The position numbers and the translations under genes were made by a program. From Deltaproteobacteria bacterium (GTDB taxonomy: Bacteria; Myxococcota; Kuafuiibacteriia; Kuafuiibacteriales; Kuafuiibacteriaceae): 64,000 nucleotides of DNA. Where the stretch lies: contig JAVJQW010000027.1 of assembly GCA_040218735.1 (NCBI GenBank), positions 7,518-71,517 on the forward strand, written 5' to 3'. This document shows positions 44,062 through 53,051 of the stretch, one piece after another. The notes beneath the pieces are model-generated. The model saw only the letters and a list, made by a program, of their open reading frames with translations. It was not told where the DNA came from and did not search any database. Position 1 is the stretch's first letter. Each line of letters starts with the position of its first letter.

Positions 44062-45357
44062 ATGAGCGCGAAGATCGGCGTTGTTGGCATGTGGCACCTC
44101 GGGTGCGTGATATCGGCCTGCTGGGCCAAGTTGGGGCACAAGGTGGTGGGCGTCGATCGCGACGCCAAACGTATCGACGCCCTGAAGAACGGCACCCCGC
44201 CGTTGTACGAGCCTCACCTCGAGGAGACGATCCAGCAGTACATCGAGAGCGGTCACCTCGCGTTCGACACGGAGGCCTCGGCGCTCGCAGACGCGGACTT
44301 CGTGTTCATGTCCTACGACACGCCGGTCCGCGACGACGACTCCAGCGACGTCACGATCCTGCTCGAGACGATCGACTCGCTCGCTCCGGTCCTGAAGGAC
44401 GGCGCGGTCGTCGTGGTCAGCTCGCAGTCGCCGGTCGGGCTCTGCGCGAAGATGCGCGCGACGCTGCAGGCGGCGAACGCCTCGGTGGAGCTCGCGTACT
44501 CACCGGAGAACCTGCGGCTCGGCGAGGCGATTGCGTGTTACCTCGCGCCGGGTCGTGTGATCATCGGGACGGCGACGTCCGAGGCCGAAGCGAAGGTGAA
44601 GGGGCTCTTCGGTGAGATCGACGCGGACCTCGAGTGTATGGGGCTCGAGTCGGCCGAGGCCGTCAAACACGGCATCAACGCGTGGCTCTCCACGAGCATC
44701 ACCTTCGCGAACCACCTCGCGGACATCTGCGAGTCGCACGGCGCGCGCATCGACGACGTCGTCCGTGGCATGAAGACGGACCCGCGCATCGGCCCGAAGG
44801 CGTACCTCGCGCCGGGCATCGGGTTCTCGGGCGGCACGCTCGGGCGTGACCTCAAAGTCCTGGAGGCAGCGAACGACGAGGGCGGCAAGGACGCGACGTT
44901 GTTCGGGCACATCCACGCGCTGAACGGGCTGCGCAAGGACGTCGTGGTGCGCAAGGTCGATCGCATGGTCGGCGGCCTCTCCGGCAAGACCGTCGCGGTG
45001 CTCGGCCTGACGTACAAGCCGGGGACGAGCACGCTGCGTCGTTCGCTTCCGCTCGCGGTGGTCGAGACCCTCGCGTCGCAGGGGGCGACGGTGCGCGCGT
45101 ACGATCCGAAGGCCGACTACTCCGAGGTGGAGCAGCTTCCGCCGATGACCAAGGCGAGCGGCATCGACGACGCGCTCGAAGGCGCGGACGTCGTTCTGCT
45201 GCTGACGGACTGGCCGGACTTCAAGGAACACGACTTCGCGGGGAGCCTCGCGAAGGCGAAGCAACCGAACTTCTTCGACACGAAGAACTGCCTCGACGAG
45301 GCGAAGATGACGCAGGCCGGCTGGCGGTACGCGTCGATCGGGAGGCCCACGCGATGA
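44062..45357 (+). CDS. UDP-glucose/GDP-mannose dehydrogenase-family nucleotide-sugar dehydrogenase
   Basis: 'KIGVVGMWHLGCV' Rossmann N-terminus, then the central and C-terminal UDPG_MGDP_dh blocks ('AYSPENLRLGEA', 'VAVLGLTYKPGTSTLRRS'). An alternative start lies at 44047. Confidence 0.85.
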   Translation: MSAKIGVVGMWHLGCVISACWAKLGHKVVGVDRDAKRIDALKNGTPPLYEPHLEETIQQYIESGHLAFDTEASALADADFVFMSYDTPVRDDDSSDVTILLETIDSLAPVLKDGAVVVVSSQSPVGLCAKMRATLQAANASVELAYSPENLRLGEAIACYLAPGRVIIGTATSEAEAKVKGLFGEIDADLECMGLESAEAVKHGINAWLSTSITFANHLADICESHGARIDDVVRGMKTDPRIGPKAYLAPGIGFSGGTLGRDLKVLEAANDEGGKDATLFGHIHALNGLRKDVVVRKVDRMVGGLSGKTVAVLGLTYKPGTSTLRRSLPLAVVETLASQGATVRAYDPKADYSEVEQLPPMTKASGIDDALEGADVVLLLTDWPDFKEHDFAGSLAKAKQPNFFDTKNCLDEAKMTQAGWRYASIGRPTR

Positions 45358-46214
45358 AAGCACTGGAAGGCAAGAACGTCATCATCACCGGCGGGAGCCT
45401 CGGCATCGGCCTCGCCGTCGCGAAGAAGTGCGTCGAAGACGGCGCGCGCGTCGCGATCGGCGCGCGCAACGAAACCGATCTCGCCAACGCGCTCGAAGAG
45501 CTCGACGCGATCGCGCCGGGGCAGGTCAGCCACAAACTCGACGTCGCCGACGACGCCTCCGTCGCGGCGTTCGTCGCGCACTGCGAGAAAGAGATGGGCG
45601 CGCTGCACGGGCTCGTGAACTGCGCCGGTATCTACGGTCCGATCGGCGCCACGCCGAACGTCGACCTCGGCGCGTTCGTGCAGGCGATCCAGGTGAACTT
45701 CCTGGGCACGGTACGGATGTGTCAGGTGGTTGCGCCGAAGCTGGTCGCAAACGCCGAGGGGAAGAAGAAGATCGTGAACTTCTCGGGCGGCGGCGCGGCG
45801 AGCCCGTTCCCGAACTACTCGGCCTACGCGACGAGCAAGGTCGCCATCGTTCGCTTCACCGAGAACCTGTCGCTGGAGCTCGCGGACGACGGCGTCGAAG
45901 TGAACTGCATCGCGCCGGGGTTCGTCGTGACCCGTCTGCACCAGCAGACGGCGGCGGCCGGCGCGGACGCGGCGGGCGCGGGGTTCTTCGAGAAGACGCA
46001 GAAGATGGTCGAGGACGGCGGCGTCCCACCCGACAAGGCGGCGAACCTCTCCGCGATGCTGTTGTCGTCGGTCGGCAACGGCATCAGCGGTAAGTTCCTC
46101 GCGGCGCCGTGGGACGCGTGGGACCAGCCCGAGTTCCGGGAGCGGCTGATGAACGAGAAGAACTTCTGCACGCTCCGCCGGATCGACGACAAAGGTTTCT
46201 TCGAGAAGAAGTAG
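45354..46214 (+). CDS. SDR-family oxidoreductase
   Basis: ATGA overlap with the upstream stop. 'ITGGSLGIGLA' cofactor motif and 'YATSKVA' YxxxK catalytic motif. Confidence 0.85.
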   Translation: MKALEGKNVIITGGSLGIGLAVAKKCVEDGARVAIGARNETDLANALEELDAIAPGQVSHKLDVADDASVAAFVAHCEKEMGALHGLVNCAGIYGPIGATPNVDLGAFVQAIQVNFLGTVRMCQVVAPKLVANAEGKKKIVNFSGGGAASPFPNYSAYATSKVAIVRFTENLSLELADDGVEVNCIAPGFVVTRLHQQTAAAGADAAGAGFFEKTQKMVEDGGVPPDKAANLSAMLLSSVGNGISGKFLAAPWDAWDQPEFRERLMNEKNFCTLRRIDDKGFFEKK

Positions 46215-46221
46215 GCCGCCT

Positions 46222-46980
46222 TCAGTCCGAGCTCTCGAGCGCGACCGTGCCGTCCTTCAGGTCGACGCTGTAGCGGCGCTCCCCGTCGAGCACGAGCTGC
46301 GCCGCGCCGGAGCCGTCGAACGTGACGACGGCGTTCACGTCGATCTCCCGCTCGATGTCGCGGAACGTGCGCGACTTGGTCTGCTTCGCGTGCACGTCGT
46401 ATTCGATCGTGCCGGCGACCGGCACCTCGTCCGCGGTGCGGATCTGCACGGCGTCGTAGCGGGCGTCGTAGTCGAGGACGAACGTGCGCGTCTCGTTGCG
46501 GAAGATCGCCATGAACTCCGACTCGACGTCGAACGTTCCGCTGCCGTCGAGCGTCGCGGTCTCGCCGGTGAGGCCGACGATCTGCCAGTCGCCGGTGCGG
46601 CTGAGCTCCGCGTCGTAGCGTGCCGTGTCGATCGTGCCCTGCACGTCGAGGACGAGTCGCGCCGAGTCGGTGGTCTCGTCGCAGGGGGCGAGGGTCGCGC
46701 CCGCGGCGTCCTGGCAGGTGACTTCGAAGCTGTAGTCGACGGTGCCGCGTTTGCCGCTGATGGAGCCCATGCCGCTCCGGGAGAGGCCGCTCGGGACCTC
46801 GCCGTGCGCCGCCTCCATGCCGTCGGAGATCGCTTCGGTCTCGCTGCCGGGGTTGTCGGAGACGAGGCCGGCGACGCCGGTCGCGATGTCGTCGTACTCC
46901 TCGGGGGTGGGCTGCTGGCCGCAGGCGAGGGCGAAGGCGCTGAGGCCGAGGATGAGGGTCGTGGTGCGCGTGCTGTTCAT
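46222..46980 (-). CDS. Hypothetical lipoprotein
   Basis: 'LILGLSAFALACGQ' lipobox. Beta-rich sequence. Confidence 0.6.
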   Translation of the reverse strand: MNSTRTTTLILGLSAFALACGQQPTPEEYDDIATGVAGLVSDNPGSETEAISDGMEAAHGEVPSGLSRSGMGSISGKRGTVDYSFEVTCQDAAGATLAPCDETTDSARLVLDVQGTIDTARYDAELSRTGDWQIVGLTGETATLDGSGTFDVESEFMAIFRNETRTFVLDYDARYDAVQIRTADEVPVAGTIEYDVHAKQTKSRTFRDIEREIDVNAVVTFDGSGAAQLVLDGERRYSVDLKDGTVALESSD

Positions 46981-47057
46981 GGAATCGAGTTCCTTTCACG
47001 AGCTTGGACCGGCTCGCGGCCGCTCGACGGCAACAAAATGAACTCGAATGACCGCGC

Positions 47058-49322
47058 TCACAAGCGCCCGGGCGTTTTGTCCCCCAGGTAGTCCGTGTCG
47101 ATCAGCTCGCCGCCACTCTTGAGCACGACGCCCTTCATGTCGGTGGGCGCGAGCCCCATCTTCATCGCGCCGACCCAGGTCTTGAGGCGTTCCGGTCGCC
47201 CGCGCGTGAGGAACCGCTTCCCCTGCATCGACTCGTACAGCTCCGACACACTCTTGCGCATCCGGGCCTGGAACTTCGTGCGGAAGAAACCTAGGCGCCC
47301 GAGGAACGACATCTGGCTGACGTCCCCGAGCTTGGCGAGCTCCTCGAACTGCGAGGGCAGGTCCGTGAATTCACCGTCCGCGTTGCGCCCGCGGTCGTAG
47401 ACCTGTTTGAGCGCCGCGGTCGCGTACGCGTCGACGACCGACGCGTTGTCCGACGCGATCGACACACCGACGTCGACCTGCTCTCCGAAGTCCGGGCCGC
47501 AGCTCGACACCGTCTGCCGCATGTCCGTCCAGGTGAAGGCCGTCATGTGTTTGAAGAACAGCTCGAGCTCGCCGAGTTTGTCGAAGAAACCTTGGCCGGG
47601 TCCGCCGGCCTGCTGACCCTTGCCTTCATCGGCCAGCGCCTGCGCCTCGCTCGACAGGTGGTGAATCCACTGCTCACCGGTGTCGACCATGTCGTCGTAG
47701 TGTGCCTCCCAGTCGAAGCCGTTCATCTTCTCTTCGGTGAGGCGCCCCTCGTCCTCCAGCCCCTTCAGGTTCACCGCGCCGGTACCCATCCAACGCACCG
47801 CCTGCTCGATGCGCTCGGTGAAGGTGCCGTAGTCCTCGCCGTCGCGCGGCTTCGGGACGCGCGCGAACTTGTTGTGCAGGACCACGCCGCGATCGACGCC
47901 CGCGAGCAAGCCGATGTGATTCTTGTTCGCACCGGTGAGCCCGCAGTTACTCATGATGCCGTGGCGCCCCGGGGGCTTCGGTAGGTTGATCATCTTCTTG
48001 AACTTCAGGAGGTGGGCGTTCACGCGAATCCCGTCCTTGAAGTGTTTCATCGAGTCGTACTGTTGGCGCGTGACCGGGATTTCGTTCTCCTTCAGCTTCA
48101 TTCCTCGTCGCGCGACGACGGGCTTCAAGATGACGGTCGGCCCCTCGTCGAGCGGCAACACCTCGACGCCACCCTCCTTCGCGAGCGCGATGAGATCGGC
48201 GTCGTGCCGATTGATCAGCGGGACGAGGTCTTCGATCTTCGGCGACGCCGGGATCTCACGCTTCGTGTCGTCACGGTAAGTACGCTCGCGTTCGATCATG
48301 GCGCGGTGCACGTGGTTCAACGCGTGCTGGTGTGCCTCCGCGTTCGAGAGCCCCTGCTTGCGGTAGTGGTTCTCGATGCCCGCGAAGATCCCCGCGCCGA
48401 GGATGTTCGTGTCCTCCATGTTGTCCATGGTGGTGCGACCGAAGTCCTTGTTCTCGATCCCCGACTCGTCCGCGATCGTCACGGGCACGTTTTTGTTCTT
48501 CGCCGCCGCCTTCTCGAGCGTCCCGAGCGCGGCGCCGTAACACGCCTCCCAGCTCGTCACGCTCGGGTAGCCGTTGATGCCCCAGTTGATGCCGGGTTTG
48601 ATGAGCATCGGGTGCGGCTCGTCCTCGGGCACCCATTCGAGCCAGTTCCACCCGCCGATCTCCTCTGACTGCCTGAGGAACGCCGCCATGATCTGCTGCG
48701 CGCTCGACTTCACCGGCAGCGCCGCGACGCTCGCCGTCGCGCGCACGTTCCCCGCCTGCTTGCGCGCCGCCTGCACCTCGGCCTCGGACGCCTCACCGCT
48801 GCGTGCGAACTGCGCGAACGCGCCGTCGCGCCACTCCATCATGACCTCGGCGTTTGCGGCGCGCGCTGCGCTCGCTTCCTTCCCCGCGCCGACCGTCTTC
48901 AGCACCGCCGGGTCGATGTCCGCGAGGTTCGCGTGTGCGAAGCGGAGGAGATCGAAGCGCGCGAGCTTGCCTTCGCGCGTGAGCTCACCGTCCGCCGTCG
49001 ACTCGAAGTTGCGCGCGTCCATCCCGACCTCGAGGAGGAACCGCGCTTCGTCGTCGGTGACTTGCCCGCCATCCCACGCGGCCTTCTTCAGCGCGAAGGT
49101 CTGCTTCGTCGTGAGTTGCAGCCCTCGCCCGTGCCCGCCGAGGAACCGCTTCTGCAGCACGTCGCGCATGCCGAGCCGGAGCTTCAGGTTTCGCGTCGAG
49201 TCGAGCGGCACGAAGATTCGGTTGCTCTCCGCGCCGACCTCGCCGCGCTTCATCGTCCCCATCAACGAACCGAGGAAGAGGGAGACGGCCTCGGAGGTCT
49301 TCGGCATCCGCATGCCGACCAT
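47058..49322 (-). CDS. Large hypothetical protein (754 aa), no signal peptide, no recognised domain
   Basis: Long ORF with consistent codon bias. It is visibly richer in Lys/Asn/Met than its neighbours. I could not match any motif. Confidence 0.7.
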   Translation of the reverse strand: MVGMRMPKTSEAVSLFLGSLMGTMKRGEVGAESNRIFVPLDSTRNLKLRLGMRDVLQKRFLGGHGRGLQLTTKQTFALKKAAWDGGQVTDDEARFLLEVGMDARNFESTADGELTREGKLARFDLLRFAHANLADIDPAVLKTVGAGKEASAARAANAEVMMEWRDGAFAQFARSGEASEAEVQAARKQAGNVRATASVAALPVKSSAQQIMAAFLRQSEEIGGWNWLEWVPEDEPHPMLIKPGINWGINGYPSVTSWEACYGAALGTLEKAAAKNKNVPVTIADESGIENKDFGRTTMDNMEDTNILGAGIFAGIENHYRKQGLSNAEAHQHALNHVHRAMIERERTYRDDTKREIPASPKIEDLVPLINRHDADLIALAKEGGVEVLPLDEGPTVILKPVVARRGMKLKENEIPVTRQQYDSMKHFKDGIRVNAHLLKFKKMINLPKPPGRHGIMSNCGLTGANKNHIGLLAGVDRGVVLHNKFARVPKPRDGEDYGTFTERIEQAVRWMGTGAVNLKGLEDEGRLTEEKMNGFDWEAHYDDMVDTGEQWIHHLSSEAQALADEGKGQQAGGPGQGFFDKLGELELFFKHMTAFTWTDMRQTVSSCGPDFGEQVDVGVSIASDNASVVDAYATAALKQVYDRGRNADGEFTDLPSQFEELAKLGDVSQMSFLGRLGFFRTKFQARMRKSVSELYESMQGKRFLTRGRPERLKTWVGAMKMGLAPTDMKGVVLKSGGELIDTDYLGDKTPGRL

Positions 49323-49408
49323 TGAGCCTCACACCTGCGGACGTGTCACGGGACGGACCTCGACTCCGTCATTCGTCGCCGTCGAGTGTCAGCGAAACGA
49401 CCGCTCGG

Positions 49409-51172
49409 TCAACGCGCGGCGAGGCGCGACGGCGCCGAGGGTAGCGCCGTGGTGGTCGTCGGCGCCGTCTTCTCGTACGCGATGATCACCACGTACCGCC
49501 CCCACGGCTCGTCGTCGGGCTGCCGATGCCCGACGGAGATCACCACGCGTGCGTCGGAGGTGATCAGACCCTGCGGCCACTGGATCTGCTCGAGGTCGGT
49601 CGTCTCGACGTAGTACCCACCGACGCCGGTCTTCAGCGCGTTGGCGGTCGTGCGCATGAGGGCGTCGAGGGCGTCCTCCGCGGACGCCCCGGTCATGATG
49701 GCCTCGTCCGCCTTCAGGATCGCCGCTTCGAGGTTCGGCGCCATCATCGCCGGCTTCTGCCGACCCGCGCTCGCCCGCGCCGCGGAGATCGACTCGAGGA
49801 CCTGCGTCCGCAGGTCGGCGGCGGGCGTCTCGAAGAGCGCGTACGTCGCGAGCAACACGCCGTACAGATCTGACGACGCCTCGAACAGCGGCCCGATCGC
49901 GACGCGCTTCGCTTCGGGATCGAGCAACACCATGCGTCCGAAGGGCCCGTCGATGATGCCCGCGAGGAGCGTCGCGAGGTTCGGCACCCCCACGCTGATC
50001 GCGGAGCCGACCTGCCCGTACCGCACCGTGTCCTCCACGCTCCACCCCGCGCGGAGCCCGAGCGCCACCGTCTCCGCGACCATCGGATCGAGGCGCCCCA
50101 GCAGCGACGCGAAGTACGGCACGACGAACTGACTCGCCTCCGAGCTCTGCGTCAGGTCGATCGTGAGCGGCGCGCGCCCCGCCTGTTGGCGTACCTCGTT
50201 GGCGAGCTCCAACAGACGGCCCGTGAGCTCCGCCGCGCTGCTCGCCTGGACCTGCTGCCCGAGCTCCGGCCTTCGGTAGGGCGCCGGCGCAGCGCCCGAA
50301 GGGTGAACGCGGATCGCCGCCCCCATCGTCCCGAACACCGCGCCCGGCTCGAACGTCGCGACCTCGATCCACGCGGCGTCGTCATCGGCCGCCATCGGAC
50401 ACTCCACGACGAACCGGGGACGTTGCGCGTTGACGACGATTCCACACTCCGCGGCGCCGTAGGTACCCACCGTCGCGAGGGTGCGCTGCGAAGCGATCGG
50501 ACCCACGAACTCACCGTCGACGCGATACCCACCCTGAGATCGTGTCACCGAACGAATGGCGATCGTTCGCCGCGCGTAGGCGAAGATGAACATCCCGCGG
50601 TTCCCTTCGCGGTGATAGGTGAGCCCGGTGGCCAACGGGCCGCGCACGGCCGGCCGTACCATCTGCGCGACTTGCTGTTCCGCGTGATCCCAGACCTTGT
50701 GGTCGTCCCACTCCGGCGGAAGGTCGAAGGTCAGCGTCGAGTACGCGAAGCTCGTCATCAGCGTCTTGCAGCGCGCGGCGAGGTCACGTTGGAGCGCGAG
50801 GGAAGGCGCCTTCTCGTGGATGAGTAGGAAACGCGCCAGCTCGCGGGCGGCACAATTCATCCCCGGCGTCGGACGCGCCTGCCCCTGAGACGTCTGGTAG
50901 AGCTGCACCAGATATTTCGACCAGAGCTGCGCGTCCTGATGAAGTGTGTTGCCGTAGTCCGGAGGGAAGGGGCCGACGAACTCCCAGGACTCGACGTCCG
51001 CCACCGCGTTCCCCTCCAGGGTCGCGTCCAACGCACGTACTTCCGCGAGCGCCTCTCGCGTCGGAAACCCACCCTTCGTCTTGGTGTTGGAGAGGCCCGC
51101 GGAGCCACGCCCCGTCGAGGTGGCGCAGGCCGCGAGGCCCAAACTCATGAGTAGGATCCCCCGGTGGTTCAT
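49409..51172 (-). CDS. Hypothetical lipoprotein (possible CAP/SCP-like segment, weak)
   Basis: The internal ATG gives 'MNHRGILLMSLGLAACAT' (lipobox). 'LLELANEVRQQAGRAPLTIDLTQSSEA' resembles the CAP-domain N-terminal motif (low confidence). Confidence 0.65.
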   Translation of the reverse strand: MNHRGILLMSLGLAACATSTGRGSAGLSNTKTKGGFPTREALAEVRALDATLEGNAVADVESWEFVGPFPPDYGNTLHQDAQLWSKYLVQLYQTSQGQARPTPGMNCAARELARFLLIHEKAPSLALQRDLAARCKTLMTSFAYSTLTFDLPPEWDDHKVWDHAEQQVAQMVRPAVRGPLATGLTYHREGNRGMFIFAYARRTIAIRSVTRSQGGYRVDGEFVGPIASQRTLATVGTYGAAECGIVVNAQRPRFVVECPMAADDDAAWIEVATFEPGAVFGTMGAAIRVHPSGAAPAPYRRPELGQQVQASSAAELTGRLLELANEVRQQAGRAPLTIDLTQSSEASQFVVPYFASLLGRLDPMVAETVALGLRAGWSVEDTVRYGQVGSAISVGVPNLATLLAGIIDGPFGRMVLLDPEAKRVAIGPLFEASSDLYGVLLATYALFETPAADLRTQVLESISAARASAGRQKPAMMAPNLEAAILKADEAIMTGASAEDALDALMRTTANALKTGVGGYYVETTDLEQIQWPQGLITSDARVVISVGHRQPDDEPWGRYVVIIAYEKTAPTTTTALPSAPSRLAAR

Positions 51173-51195
51173 CGGGGCGGAGAGTACGCGATGAC

Positions 51196-52641
51196 TCAGG
51201 GGTTGGCGCAAATGGCGTAGGTCGTGAGGACCTCGTTGTTCATGTCACCGGAGCAGCGGCAGTACGCTCGCCACGCCGTGTTGCCGTTCGTCGGGTGGCT
51301 CTCGTACTCCTCCAGGTCGCGGCTGTTGTCGTTGCAGGTGCACCCTTCGGAACCGCCGCCGATCACCAGCTGGCCGCCGGTGCACTGCGCGGAGGCCTCC
51401 GCCGTGCGCCCGCCGCCGAAGCTGTCGGTCGCCGTGATGACCTGGTAGCCGAGCGTCGCGAGGCTCCCCGGCCCCGTCGCACCCGTCGGTCCGTCCGGAC
51501 CGGTCGCTCCCGTCGGACCGTCCGGACCCTGCGCACCCGCGGGCCCCTGCGGTCCCACCGGCCCTTGCGCACCCGCCGGCCCTTGCGGCCCCGCGGGGCC
51601 TTGGAGTCCCTGCGGCCCAACGCCGCCCTGCGGTCCCGTCGGACCCTGCGGTCCGACCGCGCCGGCCGGCCCTGCGACGCCCGCCGGTCCCTGCGGTCCC
51701 GTCAGGCCCTGCGGTCCGGTCGCGCCCATCGGTCCCGCGGGTCCCGCCAAGCCCTGCGGTCCCGCCGGCCCCGTCGCGCCCGCCGGTCCCTGCGCTCCGA
51801 TCGGTCCCTGCGGCCCGGCGGCGCCCATCGCGCCGACCGGTCCCTGGGGCCCCTGCGGTCCGACCGGTCCCATCGGGCCCAGTCCACCCTGCGGTCCCGC
51901 CGGACCCTGCGGCCCCACCGCTCCGGTCGTTCCGGTGGGCCCCGCGACACCTTGCGGCCCCGCCGCGCCGGTCGCACCGGCCGGCCCCGTGGCGCCCGCC
52001 GGACCCTCCGGCCCGACGACGCCCTGCGGTCCCGTCGGCCCTGCGGGTCCCGCCGGTCCGAGCAAGCCACGTTCACCCACCGGTCCGACCGCTCCGGTCG
52101 GCCCCGCCGGCCCCGTCGCACCGGCCGGTCCTCGAGGCCCTTGCGCGCCGGCCGGCCCCTCCGGCCCTGTGGGTCCCGTCGGTCCGCCGATATTGCTCAC
52201 CGGCCCGATCCACTCGCCGGTCATCGTGTCGACCAGCGGCTGGCCGCCGACCTCGAGACCACCGGCGACGTTCGCGCGCAGCGCGTACGGGACACTCGCG
52301 AGCGGCTCGCGCGGCGTGAACTCTTCACCCGCGTCGAGCTGGATGCCCACCCAGCGCATGGTCCCGTCGAAGACCTCCGGCGTCAGCTCGGTCTGCATCC
52401 CGAGCACGACCTTGTAGTAGCCGCTCGCGTCGAGCGTCACGGACTGCTGCTCGGTCCACAGTGCGTCGCCGCCTTCGCCGCTCGCGTAGATCGAAAACGT
52501 GACGTCGTGCGCGCCGGTCACCGGTCGATCTTCGGCGTCCGCGAAGTGACCCTCCGCGACGAGCAACGCGGGCGTCTGCGCGTACGCCATGACCGGGGCA
52601 GCGACGCACAGCAGCGCCATCGACAACGTCCTCGAATTCAT
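51196..52641 (-). CDS. Secreted collagen-like triple-helix repeat protein
   Basis: Signal '[13 protein letters not shown]'. N-terminal globular domain of about 150 aa, then 80 uninterrupted Gly-X-Y triplets (counted from the translation), then a C-terminal Cys-containing ~90-aa domain. Confidence 0.85.
   Translation of the reverse strand: MNSRTLSMALLCVAAPVMAYAQTPALLVAEGHFADAEDRPVTGAHDVTFSIYASGEGGDALWTEQQSVTLDASGYYKVVLGMQTELTPEVFDGTMRWVGIQLDAGEEFTPREPLASVPYALRANVAGGLEVGGQPLVDTMTGEWIGPVSNIGGPTGPTGPEGPAGAQGPRGPAGATGPAGPTGAVGPVGERGLLGPAGPAGPTGPQGVVGPEGPAGATGPAGATGAAGPQGVAGPTGTTGAVGPQGPAGPQGGLGPMGPVGPQGPQGPVGAMGAAGPQGPIGAQGPAGATGPAGPQGLAGPAGPMGATGPQGLTGPQGPAGVAGPAGAVGPQGPTGPQGGVGPQGLQGPAGPQGPAGAQGPVGPQGPAGAQGPDGPTGATGPDGPTGATGPGSLATLGYQVITATDSFGGGRTAEASAQCTGGQLVIGGGSEGCTCNDNSRDLEEYESHPTNGNTAWRAYCRCSGDMNNEVLTTYAICANP
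51466..52185 (-). repeat. Gly-X-Y coding repeat (about 80 triplets, 9-nt periodic GGN-CCN-NNN DNA)
   Basis: [25 protein letters not shown] ... [12 protein letters not shown] with no interruption of the Gly-every-third-residue pattern. Confidence 0.9.
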
Positions 52642-52979
52642 CACGGTCCTCTCGCGGTGGAGCGGTGGGTCGTCACGGCCGGGACCGCGACCCGGCCGCG
52701 GTGTTGGAAACCACGGGTGTCCGTCTGTACGGGGCCGCCGATGACGGTGGGGACGGCGACTTCGACGTCGGGGGGAACGCAGCTCCCGTCGCGACAGACG
52801 TCGCCGCCTTCACACGGGGCGGACGTCGAGCACTCGACGCAGGTCGTGTCGCAGACGGCGGAGGCGCACTCGGTGTCGGCCGCGCACGCCTCGCCCAGCG
52901 CACCGAGGGACGGCAGCTGAGGTGCGAAGTCGCAGCCGAACAGCGCGAGGCCGAGGGCGAGGGGCAGGGCACGATTCAT
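52641..52979 (-). CDS. Small Cys-rich lipoprotein
   Basis: '[12 protein letters not shown]' lipobox, then '[36 protein letters not shown]'. Its stop overlaps the collagen-like gene's ATG by 1 nt. Confidence 0.55.
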   Translation of the reverse strand: MNRALPLALGLALFGCDFAPQLPSLGALGEACAADTECASAVCDTTCVECSTSAPCEGGDVCRDGSCVPPDVEVAVPTVIGGPVQTDTRGFQHRGRVAVPAVTTHRSTARGP

Positions 52980-53013
52980 CGACGTCGCTCGACGCCCATC
53001 AGTACCATGGGGC

Positions 53014-53046
53014 GACGCGCGATCCGAAGCATTTGAATCGCGCGTC
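53014..53046 (-). terminator. Perfect 10-bp inverted repeat hairpin (GACGCGCGAT / ATCGCGCGTC, 13-nt loop), no U-tract
   Basis: Read directly. It begins 5 nt downstream of the protease stop on the minus strand. The absence of a T-run makes an intrinsic-terminator call uncertain. Confidence 0.35.
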
Positions 53047-53051
53047 AGGGA

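Noticed and set aside
42724-44256. 510-aa minus-strand ORF
   Set aside because: It is antisense to the secreted HExxH protein gene and the start of the dehydrogenase gene. The translation is Arg/Val/Asp-rich with no motifs.
51466-52185. The periodic repeat might be flagged as a CRISPR or tandem-repeat locus
   Set aside because: The period is 9 nt, it lies entirely within a coding frame (Gly-X-Y), and there are no spacers or cas genes. It is not a CRISPR array.
51295-52920. 541-aa plus-strand ORF with an RxxRxx periodic translation
   Set aside because: It is the reverse-strand reading of the Gly-X-Y repeat: GGN-CCN on one strand reads as Arg/Pro/Gly-rich periodic sequence on the other. The collagen-like frame has a signal peptide and structured termini.
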